Below, piece after piece: positions 20,387 to 21,262 of a stretch of 21,262 nt of DNA. Position 1 is the stretch's first letter, and each line of letters begins with the position of its first letter. A program made the position numbers and the translations under genes. The notes beneath the pieces are model-generated. The model did no database searches. It was not told the DNA's origin and worked only from the letters and a program-made list of their open reading frames with translations. This DNA is from a virus, in the UHGV virus genome UHGV-0196349, one strand, 5' to 3'.

Positions 20387-20852
20387 GGTTGAATAGCTCC
20401 TTGATACGAGAGCGCCGCTTATCGCGATCTCCCTTATCAGGTGTCACGTCTTCAACTTGCGACTGCTCTTTGAGGCCCAAATCACGGGCGATGATGTTAG
20501 CGTTGAGAAGGTCAGCGGCTGCGCCAGAGAATTTCTGGTCGTAGATGATGTCTTCCGCTCGTGATGTGACGTCAGAAAAACCTTCCATTGACCGGAAGGT
20601 TCCCCATGTTTGCCTGGTGATATCAAGGAAGGTACACAATCCTGAAATAGTCATGGCTCGCATCTTAGGGACATTAGCCTTAATTATTTCTCCCTGATAT
20701 GAAAATACCTTACCCTCCCATAGCGGGTTATCATCAGCCCACTCGAAGTATTCACAACAAGCAGCCCACAGCGCCTCAGGCGATTCGAATTTAGGATTTC
20801 GCCCATGACTACTGCGGGCCTCCCAAAATCGGTTGCCCTTTGGTGCTGCCAT
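20364..20852 (-). CDS. gp3: Terminase small subunit gp3
   Basis: 162 aa, [38 protein letters not shown]..., recognised as P22 gp3-like with the same length. Confidence 0.9.
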   Translation of the reverse strand: MAAPKGNRFWEARSSHGRNPKFESPEALWAACCEYFEWADDNPLWEGKVFSYQGEIIKANVPKMRAMTISGLCTFLDITRQTWGTFRSMEGFSDVTSRAEDIIYDQKFSGAAADLLNANIIARDLGLKEQSQVEDVTPDKGDRDKRRSRIKELFNRGTGRDS

Positions 20853-20931
20853 ATTGATTATTTCCCTTCTGCTTGCTTATCCCATTCATCGCGGAATTTG
20901 GATGGGTTGTCGAAACCTTGAGTTGCCATGT

Positions 20932-21174
20932 TTATGCTCCGGTGGTGAACAGGTCTAACGCTTCCTTCGATTTACGCACCGCTTCGATTGTGCGGGTCGT
21001 GATATCTGAATTAGCGCCGCCTGACTGGAAGTGAATTTTGAATAGCTCAAGCTTCAGCTCGTCAGTGCCAATGAACTGAAATGCTTCTTCTGCGGCTGCG
21101 TTCTGGTTCATGACCAGTTTGTAAATCTCTAGCTGGAATTTCTGTTCTTCAGTCATGGGAATAATCTCTGCCAT
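20932..21174 (-). CDS. Small hypothetical protein upstream of terS
   Basis: 80-aa ORF, ATG at 21174 with GGAG 7 nt upstream. Same strand and tight spacing as the late operon. Function unknown. Confidence 0.55.
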   Translation of the reverse strand: MAEIIPMTEEQKFQLEIYKLVMNQNAAAEEAFQFIGTDELKLELFKIHFQSGGANSDITTRTIEAVRKSKEALDLFTTGA

Positions 21175-21186
21175 TGTTGGCTCCGT

Positions 21187-21262
21187 TTATCCGTTAAAAG
21201 GGATATCAGTTAAGTTATCCCGTGTAGGGTATAAGCCATTGTCGAGACCACTCATTGAATGG
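21187..21262 (-). CDS. 3' end of an upstream ORF (5'-partial, continues beyond the window)
   Basis: Open frame from the window edge, ...HSMSGLDNGLYPTRDNLTDIPFNG*, with stop at 21189..21187. It ends 12 nt before the next gene, whose SD follows immediately. Only 24 codons are visible. Confidence 0.35.
   Translation of the reverse strand, partial: HSMSGLDNGLYPTRDNLTDIPFNG

Noticed and set aside
7203-20626. Numerous 60-200 aa ORFs on the plus strand or in alternate minus frames across the late operon (for example 11303..11827, 14172..14705, 15379..15750, 17099..17494, 18770..19354, 20029..20283)
   Set aside because: All overlap recognised structural genes that tile the minus strand with tight or overlapping junctions. 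There is no independent evidence for them.
1-21262. CRISPR arrays, IS elements or integrase
   Set aside because: No regularly spaced direct repeats, terminal inverted repeats with transposase, or recombinase ORF were observed.

Overview
This window is a P22-like (Lederbergvirus-type) temperate phage or prophage segment, read in reverse of the usual map. On the minus strand it carries the full late morphogenetic operon (terS, terL, portal, scaffold, coat, gp4, gp10, gp26 needle, gp14, gp7, gp20, gp16), then an immI-type immunity region (divergent mnt versus arc-ant), then a tailspike at 722..3667. The tailspike is a chimera: a P22-type head-binding N-terminus fused to a K1-capsule endosialidase body with a C-terminal self-cleaving chaperone domain, as in E. 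coli K1 prophages of the CUS-3 type. The most unusual content is a small accessory module at 5481..7134, in the slot where P22 carries sieA. It holds a ClpP-fold Ser/His protease gene coupled to mnt, a small basic protein with its own terminator, and a head-to-head pair encoding a small HExxH protein and a signal-peptide protein. A Cys-rich mini-ORF is also inserted between arc and ant. The first ~720 bp are AT-rich, have no convincing ORF and contain two plus-strand intrinsic terminators. No integrase, tRNA, att core or CRISPR array was seen. All homology calls rest on my recognition of the translated sequences and on synteny; no database search was run.
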